Source: Candidatus Nomurabacteria bacterium (GTDB lineage Bacteria; Patescibacteriota; Dojkabacteria; SC72; JAHDCA01). From it: a stretch of 64,000 nt of DNA. Below are positions 29,903 through 39,455 of the stretch, piece after piece (within the stretch, counting starts at the first letter, position 1; each line of letters begins with the position of its first letter). The notes below the pieces were generated by a model, which worked only from the letters and a program-made list of their open reading frames with translations, searched no databases and had not been told where the DNA came from. The stretch lies in the NCBI GenBank assembly GCA_020632395.1, contig JACKFQ010000001.1:136762-200761 (forward strand). Direction: 5' to 3'. The translations under genes were made by a program, and so were the position numbers.

Positions 29903-30581
29903 GCTTACGTAGTATCTGTTTTATTAAGGGGGTTTTCAACGTGATCCCGTAATTTTGTACTATTTTTTCCCAAACAACTTTCCTATAACTAACAACATCT
30001 TTGTATAACGGATTTCGTACAACTTCCTGTTTTGCATTCTTTCTGATTACATAATATGCCATACCATTCATCTCGTCTAGAACTGGTGTAAGTTTCGCAT
30101 CCATAGGTATAACCTCTGAGATGATGAAAGATGATTGTCGTGTGTTTATAAGTGATACAGCATAACCCTTTGGTATGAGGATCTTCTGATCACGTTTGAC
30201 CTTAGAAACGATAACATCATTCTCTCCTTTAATGTAATTCTGGACAATGATCGTACCTCCTCCAGAAAGAACCTCCATGATCCTAGGAGTATCTGCGCGA
30301 AGTGCTCGTGTTTTGATGAATTCGATGCCTGCTAGATTTTGTGGGATTACATATATGTTTACTTTGAATCCCTTCTCCTCAAACACCCCCTCATGATCTA
30401 ATGAGTAAAATTTCGTATAACAGTGCTCGGGATAAGAAAGCTCTCGATTTAGAAGTTGTTCTCGAATATCGTCGATCGAGAACATTTTAGATCTTTTCAC
30501 AGTGAGGTCTTGAGATATCAACGAGCCCTGATCATATACTAGGTCAAAACCTGCAGACTTTTTAAGGTCTATTTTAGCCAT
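29850..30581 (-). CDS. Hypothetical protein (possibly cupin-like), first gene of the five-gene minus-strand operon
   Basis: 243 aa, overlaps the next gene by 53 nt. No diagnostic motif. Confidence 0.35.
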   Translation of the reverse strand: MAKIDLKKSAGFDLVYDQGSLISQDLTVKRSKMFSIDDIREQLLNRELSYPEHCYTKFYSLDHEGVFEEKGFKVNIYVIPQNLAGIEFIKTRALRADTPRIMEVLSGGGTIIVQNYIKGENDVIVSKVKRDQKILIPKGYAVSLINTRQSSFIISEVIPMDAKLTPVLDEMNGMAYYVIRKNAKQEVVRNPLYKDVVSYRKVVWEKIVQNYGITLKTPLIKQILRKHEKFEWLYANSGITIEI

Positions 30582-30604
30582 GTGTGTATTATATCACAAT
30601 GGGA

Positions 30605-31267
30605 CTATAGGTCTTTTGTATATGAGTCAAGTTCGATCATGAAATTGTTGACACCGTTAGCCCAAGCATGTGCTGGATTTAGGCCACATGGAGGACAGTA
30701 TGTTGCTTCAATATCAAAAGGTGTTAGATCTGTCCCGTATCCTATGGCTAAACGCTGTGTGACAGTCGTGATACCTTGTCGCCAACTAGTGAAATAGCTC
30801 CAATCCCGCGTAGGATCGCCTTTCCACCCCCATGCATTGTTAGATCTATATGGAATGAGATTGCCAAATGCTGATTCAACACCTGAAATAGCAGCTACCA
30901 ATCGCCAATCCAATCCAACCTTATCTGCTTCAGTGACAAATACATCTGCATAAGGATACATAGGGCTTTGATAATCTATAAGGAAGTTTCTCATTGCAAT
31001 GATCCGTGGATCTGTTGTAATTATTTGAGGAAGGTCGTTAGGATCTACTGCTTGACGATTTGTGATCCCAGCTACTGCTTCTGCAGAATTTTCACGATCT
31101 GCGATAGCAGATAGGTACTGAGTAGATGTCGACCTTTTTTCTGAAGCTAGAGTTATCAGGACTGATTCGATCCGTGGTTTGAGATTTGGAGACCAAAATT
31201 GAACGAATGTTATGATAAGGATAAATATCAGTATGAAGTTTTTTGCTATTGCGACTATCCTACGCAC
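30605..31267 (-). CDS. Secreted glucosaminidase/lysozyme-like cell-wall hydrolase (paralog of 19552-20163)
   Basis: N-terminal TM/signal. ISGVESAFGNLIPY...TPFDIEATYCPPCGLNPAHAWANGV aligns with 19552-20163. Confidence 0.4.
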   Translation of the reverse strand: MRRIVAIAKNFILIFILIITFVQFWSPNLKPRIESVLITLASEKRSTSTQYLSAIADRENSAEAVAGITNRQAVDPNDLPQIITTDPRIIAMRNFLIDYQSPMYPYADVFVTEADKVGLDWRLVAAISGVESAFGNLIPYRSNNAWGWKGDPTRDWSYFTSWRQGITTVTQRLAIGYGTDLTPFDIEATYCPPCGLNPAHAWANGVNNFMIELDSYTKDL

Positions 31268-31337
31268 AGTAGAGTCAGGGTCATTTTAAATTGAGTGGTA
31301 TATTATCACTTTTGTATGCATAGTATAACAGAATGGT

Positions 31338-34300
31338 TTGACTCTTATTCAATATCAGTATAATGAATTATACGAATTTATGAAATTTACACATCTACAT
31401 CTACATACAGAATATTCTTTGCTTGATGGGACGATAAAGATCCCTGCATTGATCGAGAAACTTAAAGCCTCAGGTATGGATGCTTGTGCTATCACGGACC
31501 ATGGTGTGATGTATGGAGCCTACAAGTTTTACAAGATGATGAAGGAAGCGGGTCTAAAACCGATCATAGGTTGTGAGATATATGTCGCCCCTAGAGATCA
31601 TCATATGAAAGAAGCCGGAATAGACAATAAGTACAACCATATGGTTTTACTTGCAAAGGATCTCGAGGGTTATAAGAACCTTATAAAGATACTCTCTATT
31701 TCTCATTTGGAAGGCTTCTATTACAAACCTCGAATAGATGTAGAGCATCTCCGAAAGTATTCGAAAGGATTAATTGCCACATCTGCATGTCTTGGAGGTG
31801 TTGTTGCCAAAGATCTATTGAACGGACAGTACGATAAGGCTAAGAACAATGCCATTATGTACAAGGAGATGTTTCCCGATAGATTCTATATCGAGATCCA
31901 GCGAAACGGTCTAAAAGAACAAGATGATGTGAATCCACAGTTACTTCAAGTAGCGGAGGAACTTTCACTTCCTATTGTTGCCACCTGTGATGCTCACTAT
32001 CTGGATAGGGATGATTCAATGATCCAGGAGATACTATGGTGTATTGCTGACGGAAAAACATTAGATGACCCGACACGTAGAAGTTATGGAACTCAGGAAC
32101 TGTATCTAAAAACTTCAGAGGAGATGGAAGAGCTTTTCTCAGATCTTCCTGAAGCCTTAGAAAATACTCAAAAGATAAAAGAGCAGATAGAAGAATTTGA
32201 TATCACCTTCGGTAGGGTAGAACCGATATTTGATGAATTACCAGAAGGAGAGAACTCTGAGACTTTCTTGCGTAAGCTAACATACGAAGGAGCAGAGAAG
32301 AAATACGGCAAGATAACTCGAGAGTTGCAAGAAAGGATAGATTTTGAGCTATCTGTAATCAATGACAAAGGATATAACGATTATTTCTTAGTAACGAGGA
32401 TGTTCGTGAAATTCTGCAGGGATAATGGAATTGTTGTCGGAATGCGAGGCTCAGGATGTGGATCTGTTGTTGCTTACTGTACTGATATTACCCATCTTGA
32501 GCCGATATCGTGGGAGCTATACTTCGAGAGATTCTTAAATCCTGAGAGAAACTCACCACCAGATTTTGACCTTGACATTGCTGATGCAAGACGCGACGAA
32601 GTGATCCAATTTGCGATCGATCATTTTGGAGAAGAGAATGTAAAACAGATAGGTACATTCAGTAAATTACAGACAAGACAAGCTATCCGTGATGTATCTC
32701 GAGTATTAGGGATAGATCTTAAGGTCGCCGATCAGCTAAGTAAAATGGTAGAGATCCTTTTCGGTAAGGCTAGGAGCATCGATTATATGATCGAGAACAA
32801 CATTGAGTTTGCAGATCTTATCAATTCATCACCTGAACTTCAAAGAATGGCTGAAATAGTTCGGAAGATCGCTGGACTATGCAGAGGTGTGTCCACTCAT
32901 GCTTGTGGTGTTGTTATTACTCCCACACCAGTATCTGACTACGTACCTCTACAGAGAGATTCAAAGAACGAAGGTATCGGAATGACACAATATGAGATGT
33001 TCGACCTTGAACCTGTTGGTCTGATGAAGTTTGACTTCTTAGGATTGAGGAATTTAGCTGTAATTGGTGAAGCATTAGAAAAAATTAAAGATACCAGAGG
33101 TATTGATGTAGACCTAATGAGTGTTGACCCAAATGACGAAGATACGTTCAAGATAATTCAACGAGGACATACGGTAGGTATTTTCCAACTTGAGAGTGAA
33201 GGTATGAGAAAAACTATAAAAGGTTTGAAACCAGCTACTCAGGAAGAGATCTGTTACCTCCTTGCGGCATATCGACCAGGTCCAATGCAATTTATCCCAG
33301 AGTACATCTCTGTAAAGGATGGAGATAAGGAAGCCGAATATCTAATGCCTGAACTAGAGCCGATCTTGAGGATCACAAACGGAGTTATCACGTATCAGGA
33401 ACAGGTCATCAGAATAGCGGTAGATATTGCAGGATATTCGATGGGTGCTGCCGATATGCTTAGAAAAGCTATGGGTAAAAAATTGATGGATGTAATGGAG
33501 AAGGAAAAGCCGAAGTTTATATCAGGAGCGGTTGAAAAAGGTTTTAATCAAGCAAGTGTTGATGCTCTTTGGGAAAGACTTTTACAATTTGCAAATTATG
33601 GTTTTAATAAAGCTCATAGTGCATCTTATGCCTTGGTTTCGTATTGGACAGGTTACCTTAAAGCACACTATCCGCTAGAGTTCATGGCCGCACTACTAGA
33701 AGGGGATCTGGACAATTTCGATCGTGTTGTGATCGATCTGCAGGAGTGTGAGAGATTGGGAATCGCTGTTTTACCACCGGATATAAACTTGAGTGATGCA
33801 AAATTCACTATCGAAGATGAAGAGAACATTAGATTTGGAATGGCAGCGATAAAAAATGTCGGAGAGGACGTTATTCACCAGATCGTTAAAGAAAGAAAGC
33901 AGAACGGACCATTTCTCAACTTTGATGACTTCTTGTTCCGTATAGTCAAAAAACGTATCCAGAAGCGAACAATCGAATATCTTATACAAGCCGGTACAAT
34001 GGATACCCTTGGTGATCGCAATCAACTGATCTTTAATCTGAGTAATTTGTATGAAAGATATAAGTCAGAATATCAAGACGCTGAGCGAGGTCAGTTCGAT
34101 CTTTTTGGTAATGGTGAAATAAAGACACATATCGAAACCCCTACAGTTCTGCAAGAAGCGGAGCCAACGACTGTTCATCAACGTTTAGAATGGGAGAAAG
34201 AACTTCTCGGGCTGTATCTTACTAGTCACCCTCTTGATGATCTGCATGATTTTTTCGAATCAAAAGGTGTTATCCAGATCTCGAGGTTGATACACGAACC

Positions 34301-34781
34301 ACCCTCAAGGAAGATTTATATAGTAGGGGGTATCGTAGCAAATATAAAGCGAATAACCACAAAGAAAGGCGACTATATGGCTTTTCTTACAGTTGAAGAC
34401 AAAACAGGTAGTATAGAGATGGTCGTATTCCCATCCTCTTATGACGAATTACAAGATGAACTTCAGCCCAATAAACCAACTTTATTTGCCGGTCGATTGA
34501 ATCAGAGAGATAATAATGAGATAAGTTTTGTACTTGAGAAGGCAAAAGTTGTTGATGAAGAGAAACACGGGACCAATTTTCAAGGCATCACATTCAAAGT
34601 GACGAGTAAGCATTCTGTTGAGGAAATTAATGAATTAAAGCAGTACATTCGCGAACATCCGGGTGATGTTCCTGTTAAGATCACTATAGTTGATGAGGAT
34701 AGTAGTGAAAGATCGGTGTATCTTGACCGTCCAGTACAGGTCGATGAGCAGACTGAAGCTTATCTTAAAAAATTCTCTTAG
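31338..34781 (+). CDS. dnaE: DNA polymerase III alpha subunit (DnaE). The start may instead be the ATG at 31380 (MKFTHLHLHTEYS)
   Basis: PHP domain HLHLHTEYSLLDG, polymerase core, and a C-terminal OB fold. 1147 aa. Confidence 0.9.
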   Translation: MTLIQYQYNELYEFMKFTHLHLHTEYSLLDGTIKIPALIEKLKASGMDACAITDHGVMYGAYKFYKMMKEAGLKPIIGCEIYVAPRDHHMKEAGIDNKYNHMVLLAKDLEGYKNLIKILSISHLEGFYYKPRIDVEHLRKYSKGLIATSACLGGVVAKDLLNGQYDKAKNNAIMYKEMFPDRFYIEIQRNGLKEQDDVNPQLLQVAEELSLPIVATCDAHYLDRDDSMIQEILWCIADGKTLDDPTRRSYGTQELYLKTSEEMEELFSDLPEALENTQKIKEQIEEFDITFGRVEPIFDELPEGENSETFLRKLTYEGAEKKYGKITRELQERIDFELSVINDKGYNDYFLVTRMFVKFCRDNGIVVGMRGSGCGSVVAYCTDITHLEPISWELYFERFLNPERNSPPDFDLDIADARRDEVIQFAIDHFGEENVKQIGTFSKLQTRQAIRDVSRVLGIDLKVADQLSKMVEILFGKARSIDYMIENNIEFADLINSSPELQRMAEIVRKIAGLCRGVSTHACGVVITPTPVSDYVPLQRDSKNEGIGMTQYEMFDLEPVGLMKFDFLGLRNLAVIGEALEKIKDTRGIDVDLMSVDPNDEDTFKIIQRGHTVGIFQLESEGMRKTIKGLKPATQEEICYLLAAYRPGPMQFIPEYISVKDGDKEAEYLMPELEPILRITNGVITYQEQVIRIAVDIAGYSMGAADMLRKAMGKKLMDVMEKEKPKFISGAVEKGFNQASVDALWERLLQFANYGFNKAHSASYALVSYWTGYLKAHYPLEFMAALLEGDLDNFDRVVIDLQECERLGIAVLPPDINLSDAKFTIEDEENIRFGMAAIKNVGEDVIHQIVKERKQNGPFLNFDDFLFRIVKKRIQKRTIEYLIQAGTMDTLGDRNQLIFNLSNLYERYKSEYQDAERGQFDLFGNGEIKTHIETPTVLQEAEPTTVHQRLEWEKELLGLYLTSHPLDDLHDFFESKGVIQISRLIHEPPSRKIYIVGGIVANIKRITTKKGDYMAFLTVEDKTGSIEMVVFPSSYDELQDELQPNKPTLFAGRLNQRDNNEISFVLEKAKVVDEEKHGTNFQGITFKVTSKHSVEEINELKQYIREHPGDVPVKITIVDEDSSERSVYLDRPVQVDEQTEAYLKKFS

Positions 34782-36286
34782 TGGCAAAATTATCTATCGA
34801 AAGGCAACTAGACAAGATCCCCAACACATCAGGGATATACAAATTCATAGATAAGTCAGGAAAACTTCTGTATGTAGGAAAGGCAAACAATCTCAGAACT
34901 CGAGTGAGATCATATTTCACCCAGATCCATGATGATCGACCTCATATCATTCCGATGATCGAACAGATCGAAAAGATCGAAGTAACTGAGACAGAAAATG
35001 AGATAGAGGCATTAGTTTTAGAGAGTGCATTGATCAAAGAAAATCAGCCTCACTACAATATCATGCTGAAAGATGACAAATCTTACGCATGGATATACAT
35101 AAACACAAGAGATGAACTACCAACAGTGTCTATCCTCAGATCAATAAATCTCAAAGATTATAAAAAGGGTAGATTATTTGGACCATACCCAAATAGTCGA
35201 GCTACCCGACAGATATTCAGATATATTCGTCAGATCCATCCTTTCTGTACATGTGATTCTCCGAGTGAACCGTGTTTGTATTATCGAATGAAATTATGCA
35301 ATAACCCCAAATTTGGAGACCATACCTTGTCTCAATACCAGCAGAGTATAGAAGGAGTCATTAAGTTCCTTGAGGGTAGTAAGCGTAATCATATAAAAGA
35401 ATTAAGGAAACAGATGGATCAGCTAAGTCAGGATCGTGATTATGAAAATGCAGCGATACTAAGGGATAAGATATATGACCTTGAGCATCTTGGAGAGGAC
35501 ATTCCTTACTATCAGAGTGAATCAGATTTCATAATTCAAAAGAAGACACAGAATCATAAGATCATTCAGAAATATCAGAAAGATTTTGCTATCCCACTTC
35601 CTGAACGCATCGAATGTTATGACATATCAAATCTACAAGGAGATCACGCCTATGGCTCCATGACAGTAGCTATTGATGGGGAGCTTAGACCAGATCAATA
35701 TCGAGTATTTAAAATACGCAAGGGGAAAACTCCAGACGATTTCGAAATGCTCAATGAGGTGATATCAAGGCGGATAAAACATCTTTCGATATCCGATGAC
35801 GTCTCACTATCCAATAAACCAAACTTGATACTGATCGATGGTGGGAAAGGACAGATATCTGCAGTTGCAGAGGAGATACCGACTGAGATAACGCTTATGG
35901 GAATAAGCAAGGGAAGGAGTCTAAGAAAACGCGGTAAAAGGAGAAAAGATATGTTCTGGTTACATCGGGAAGATAGTACAGAACAGGTATTTACTAAAGA
36001 GCCAAGACTTCTAGTGGTACTACGTGATGAGGCGCATCGTTTTGCTCTGAAGCACCACAGGATCGCTAGGGCAAAAGGGATGAAAGGCTCGCTACTAGAT
36101 AGGGTTGAAGGTGTTGGGCCTAAGATCAAGAAAAAGCTTATGAAAAAGTTTGGATCAGTAGCTAATATGCATGGTCTGAGTATTGATGAGTTGAATGAAG
36201 TTGTTTCTAACAGATCAACATCATTGAAATTACATGATGCCCTTAAAGATTCAACAAATACAAAGAAGCAAAGCAAGACAAAGTAA
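34781..36286 (+). CDS. uvrC: Excinuclease ABC subunit C (compact form)
   Basis: GIY-YIG motif SGIYKFIDKSGKLLYVGKANNLRTRVRSYF, a UvrBC-interaction motif and a C-terminal HhH. The start overlaps the dnaE stop. Confidence 0.8.
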   Translation: MAKLSIERQLDKIPNTSGIYKFIDKSGKLLYVGKANNLRTRVRSYFTQIHDDRPHIIPMIEQIEKIEVTETENEIEALVLESALIKENQPHYNIMLKDDKSYAWIYINTRDELPTVSILRSINLKDYKKGRLFGPYPNSRATRQIFRYIRQIHPFCTCDSPSEPCLYYRMKLCNNPKFGDHTLSQYQQSIEGVIKFLEGSKRNHIKELRKQMDQLSQDRDYENAAILRDKIYDLEHLGEDIPYYQSESDFIIQKKTQNHKIIQKYQKDFAIPLPERIECYDISNLQGDHAYGSMTVAIDGELRPDQYRVFKIRKGKTPDDFEMLNEVISRRIKHLSISDDVSLSNKPNLILIDGGKGQISAVAEEIPTEITLMGISKGRSLRKRGKRRKDMFWLHREDSTEQVFTKEPRLLVVLRDEAHRFALKHHRIARAKGMKGSLLDRVEGVGPKIKKKLMKKFGSVANMHGLSIDELNEVVSNRSTSLKLHDALKDSTNTKKQSKTK

Positions 36287-36297
36287 CCTCAACATTA

Positions 36298-37443
36298 TCA
36301 TTCCAGAGCTCCTATGCTATTATCTTTCTGCCTTAGATTATTCCTAAGGAAATCAAAGAAAGTATCGTTCTCACTATCATAATAAAGTCCATAATAGTAG
36401 GAAGAACGCTCATTTGCGAGTATTGCTATGGAAGAAATCTTTCCACCGTTTACAACTGTTGCCTCCAACTCTCCGTTCTCATTATATACACTGTTGAGGA
36501 TGGCGTACTTCCCACCATTCTCACTTCTACTATTTAGGATGTCGACAAACAGCTCTAGTGCCTTGTCAGGATAACTATTTTCCAAAGGGGCTATCGGTTC
36601 AAGGATATACTCACGACTATCTGTGATCGAAGATATTTTCAATGCCTGTAATTCTCCCTCATCAGTGGCATAGTATGATGTCACATACTCTACAGGAACT
36701 TTCAAAGTCCAAGGAAAATCTGGCAATAAATCTGTACCTTCAGATGATGCCAGAACCAATTCTCTTTCTATCTCCTGTTTTGCAAGACGACTTAGCCCTT
36801 GTTTAGCATCTGATATTGATAATCGCTCATACCAGATATCGTTAACCCTTTCATATATCCTCAAACCGAGATCTTTACTTGGATTTTCCCAATAATCTCC
36901 ATACATCTCATCCTTTTGTGTTCTGGGAACAAATTTGATGTGGTTCCATCCTCGTTCTGGTAATTCAATCTTGTAATAATCGTATACTGATTGTATATCT
37001 GTACCTAGAGGTATCCTATAGATCGATCGGCCAGATGAAACAAACGTTTCTACTATGGCCTCATCAGAACTATTCGAGAATACATATTCACTAGTCGGGA
37101 ATACAGGTACTGAGTCAAAACCTATAACTGACGTAAGATCCTGTTCGACTACCCCTTTTGATGCTCGCAAACTAATTACCCAGTTGATAGCAGTGTATGA
37201 AGAAACTAATAATCCTAGAACCAACGATAGGTATAAGAAAATTTTCAGTATGCTTCTAAAATATTGACGAAATATACCTCCTCTATAGATCTTTTTCTTA
37301 CCCCTCGTTTTATTTGACCTAGTTAGGATCGATCGACGTCTAGTTTTATAGCTTCCATTTGACTGTTTTTTGGAAAACATAACACTTCGGTCTCGATCAT
37401 CACCTTTTCTTTGTTGTTTTTTTTCTAATTTGAATAATTGCAT
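36298..37443 (-). CDS. Membrane protein with a strongly basic N-terminal tail and an extracytoplasmic domain
   Basis: 381 aa. The N-terminal tail is K/R-rich, followed by a single TM segment (IFLYLSLVLGLLVSSYTAINWVI). Confidence 0.4.
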   Translation of the reverse strand: MQLFKLEKKQQRKGDDRDRSVMFSKKQSNGSYKTRRRSILTRSNKTRGKKKIYRGGIFRQYFRSILKIFLYLSLVLGLLVSSYTAINWVISLRASKGVVEQDLTSVIGFDSVPVFPTSEYVFSNSSDEAIVETFVSSGRSIYRIPLGTDIQSVYDYYKIELPERGWNHIKFVPRTQKDEMYGDYWENPSKDLGLRIYERVNDIWYERLSISDAKQGLSRLAKQEIERELVLASSEGTDLLPDFPWTLKVPVEYVTSYYATDEGELQALKISSITDSREYILEPIAPLENSYPDKALELFVDILNSRSENGGKYAILNSVYNENGELEATVVNGGKISSIAILANERSSYYYGLYYDSENDTFFDFLRNNLRQKDNSIGALE

Positions 37444-37519
37444 GATATAAGAACATATTATAGAATATCATCGTCTTTGTGGAGTGTTTCTGATTTTTAT
37501 TAAAAATACCACTTAACAT

Positions 37520-37590
37520 TGCGGGATCGTCTAATGGTAGGACACCGGCCTTTGAAGCCGAGAATCGGGGTTCGAGTCCCTGTCCCGCAA
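37520..37590 (+). tRNA. tRNA-Gln (anticodon TTG), U1-A72 first pair, no encoded CCA
   Basis: TGCGGGATCGTCTAATGGTAGGACACCGGCCTTTGAAGCCGAGAATCGGGGTTCGAGTCCCTGTCCCGCAA. D-stem GTCT/GGAC, anticodon loop CTTTGAA, T-arm CGGGG-TTCGAGT-CCCTG. Confidence 0.65.
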
Positions 37591-37592
37591 GT

Positions 37593-37830
37593 TGATATCA
37601 TGTCCTATGGACATGATAAGCAACTTGCATACATAGAACGAAAACCCTCGAGCGAAGCTCGAGCAAGGTGAGCCAGTCCCGCACATCCGAAGGATGGCGG
37701 GGAGTCCCTGTCCCGCAAGTGTCCCAAGAGCGTAGCGATTGGCAGACACTCGTGGATCCCACAAGGCGAAGCGTCGCGGCGATCCCGAAACCAGGGTGTC
37801 CTGTACAAGCATAATGGTTGACCATCTATA
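37593..37830 (+). ncRNA. GC-rich (~58% versus ~37% background) hairpin-dense non-coding segment carrying an 18-nt direct repeat of the tRNA-Gln 3' end. Candidate structured RNA or att-site remnant. The strand is not established
   Basis: A perfect 9-bp hairpin sits at 37603-37623. GAA-triloop hairpins follow (CTCGAGC-GAA-GCTCGAG; CATCC-GAA-GGATG). The repeat AGTCCCTGTCCCGCAAGT occurs at 37575-37592 and again at 37703-37720. Three mutually overlapping minus-strand ORFs are probably artefacts. Confidence 0.35.
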
Positions 37831-38129
37831 ACATAGGTTCGAGCAATGCCAACTCCCCTTAAATGAAAATAGAATAAAATTCCATTTTAAAAATATCTGT
37901 TACGCAAATATAAATGCTTTTCAGCACTTTTATACTCACACATAGCTTTAAGCCCTTGATAAATAAGCATTTAATTATGATTTAGATAGGAATAATTTCC
38001 GATTAAAATAAGTAGTCCAGTTGAATGTTACCCTTGGTATACGTATACTTGTTAACGAATGGAGATGAAAATGTTAATCAGTACACAGGTTCAAGGTTAT
38101 ATCAAAGAAAATAGTAATACCTAAAATAT

Positions 38130-39356
38130 TTGGCGAAACCTCTGATGAACAATATGAAAGAGATCTACAAAGTCAATGTTGAAGGTACAAACATCACAGT
38201 ATGTGTTGAAACGTACGATAGATCATATCCTGTAATCTTGTTTATCGCTGGTACCAGTGGGAATTCACTATCTGACAGATTTGATGGACTATCAGAAATG
38301 CTTATAAACGAAAGATTCACATTTGTACGATTCAATTTTCGTGGGCATGAGGAAGGTAGAACAATAGATGAGTACTCACTTAATGACGAACTCAAAGATA
38401 TGAAAGAGGTGATCGAACTACTCGAACATGAAGGATACAATACTCAAAATCTCAGCATACTAGCTAAGAGTTTCGGAGCAGTCAAAGCATTTTGTCTCAA
38501 CAGAGAGTATGGCCTAATAGGTTTACTTTCACCAGCTGTTTTTTTCTCAGAGCGTGGAAATTTAGGACCTATCAGCTCAAAAGAATATAAGAATATAGCT
38601 AGTATTGAAGATATTAATATCCCACTAGATGTACTCCGTAACATTACTGCCCCTGTGTGTATTGTACATGGAGAAAATGACAGTACTATTCCGATAAGTA
38701 ACTCGTCAGAGATCTTCTCAAATTTAGCAACAGTTCATGAAAAAAAAGAACTACATAAAATTCCTGGAGCGAATCACTCGATGTTGGATAAAGCTCAATA
38801 TTCAGAAGCGTATAAACTGATCACAAGCTTCTTCAGAAAATATAGGGATTCGATCTGGTCATATCATTCAATTGTTTGGAAGTTTAAGGATAAAGAGTAT
38901 CTTTTCGATGTAATCACATCATCAAATTTTAAGAAGATAAAAAATATCAGACAAGTATATACCCTCATGTTAAGTAAAGATAAGGATAAAATTATGCTAG
39001 TACATAATACTCAAGGTATATGGATATTACCGGGAGGGGGAGTTGAGAGAGGAGAATCACACATCGATACGATTGTGCGAGAAGTGAGAGAAGAAACAAA
39101 TTGTGATATTGACCTGTCAACTGTAGAGCCGTTGTATTATCAATTGACATATGTTAAGAAACCGTCTGGTAGATGGGAATATCATTCTGCGCAGTTAAGA
39201 TATAAAGCTGTTGTGAAAAAGGAAAGAAAGTTTGTGGAAGACCCAGATAATGGAGATATTGATGAGGTTAGATGGGTTAGTATCGATGAAATTCATAGAT
39301 ATCTTGATTGGGGAAAAACTGTCGATATAATCAAGGAATTACTTCTGGAAAAATGA
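38130..39356 (+). CDS. Alpha/beta-hydrolase - NUDIX hydrolase fusion protein
   Basis: The N-terminal part is an abhydrolase (ILFIAGTSGNS..., HGENDSTIP). The C-terminal part has a canonical NUDIX box PGGGVERGESHIDTIVREVREETNCDI. Confidence 0.6.
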   Translation: MAKPLMNNMKEIYKVNVEGTNITVCVETYDRSYPVILFIAGTSGNSLSDRFDGLSEMLINERFTFVRFNFRGHEEGRTIDEYSLNDELKDMKEVIELLEHEGYNTQNLSILAKSFGAVKAFCLNREYGLIGLLSPAVFFSERGNLGPISSKEYKNIASIEDINIPLDVLRNITAPVCIVHGENDSTIPISNSSEIFSNLATVHEKKELHKIPGANHSMLDKAQYSEAYKLITSFFRKYRDSIWSYHSIVWKFKDKEYLFDVITSSNFKKIKNIRQVYTLMLSKDKDKIMLVHNTQGIWILPGGGVERGESHIDTIVREVREETNCDIDLSTVEPLYYQLTYVKKPSGRWEYHSAQLRYKAVVKKERKFVEDPDNGDIDEVRWVSIDEIHRYLDWGKTVDIIKELLLEK

Positions 39357-39455
39357 ATTTTTTAATCATCTATGATTTATTGTTCTGTACGATCTTATGA
39401 TATAAGACACTACAAATCCGAATATTCCAATGCCACAATTATGTCCCTCCATTCC

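Noticed and set aside
35695-36276. 193-aa minus-strand ORF
   Set aside because: Antisense to the uvrC 3' half.
37531-37825. Three mutually overlapping minus-strand ORFs (93, 75, 67 aa) rich in Arg/Gly/Cys/Pro
   Set aside because: They lie entirely within the GC-rich hairpin-dense segment 3' of tRNA-Gln. Open frames are expected by chance in GC-rich DNA of an AT-rich genome, and the composition is unlike all other proteins here.
37593-37830. Possibility that the GC-rich segment is tmRNA, SRP RNA or RNase P RNA
   Set aside because: No GGGG...5' acceptor or intact T-loop plus CCA for tmRNA, and the duplicated T-arm lacks its TTCG loop. No GGAA-tetraloop domain IV motif for SRP RNA. Too short and lacking P4 consensus for RNase P. 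Kept only as an unclassified structured element.
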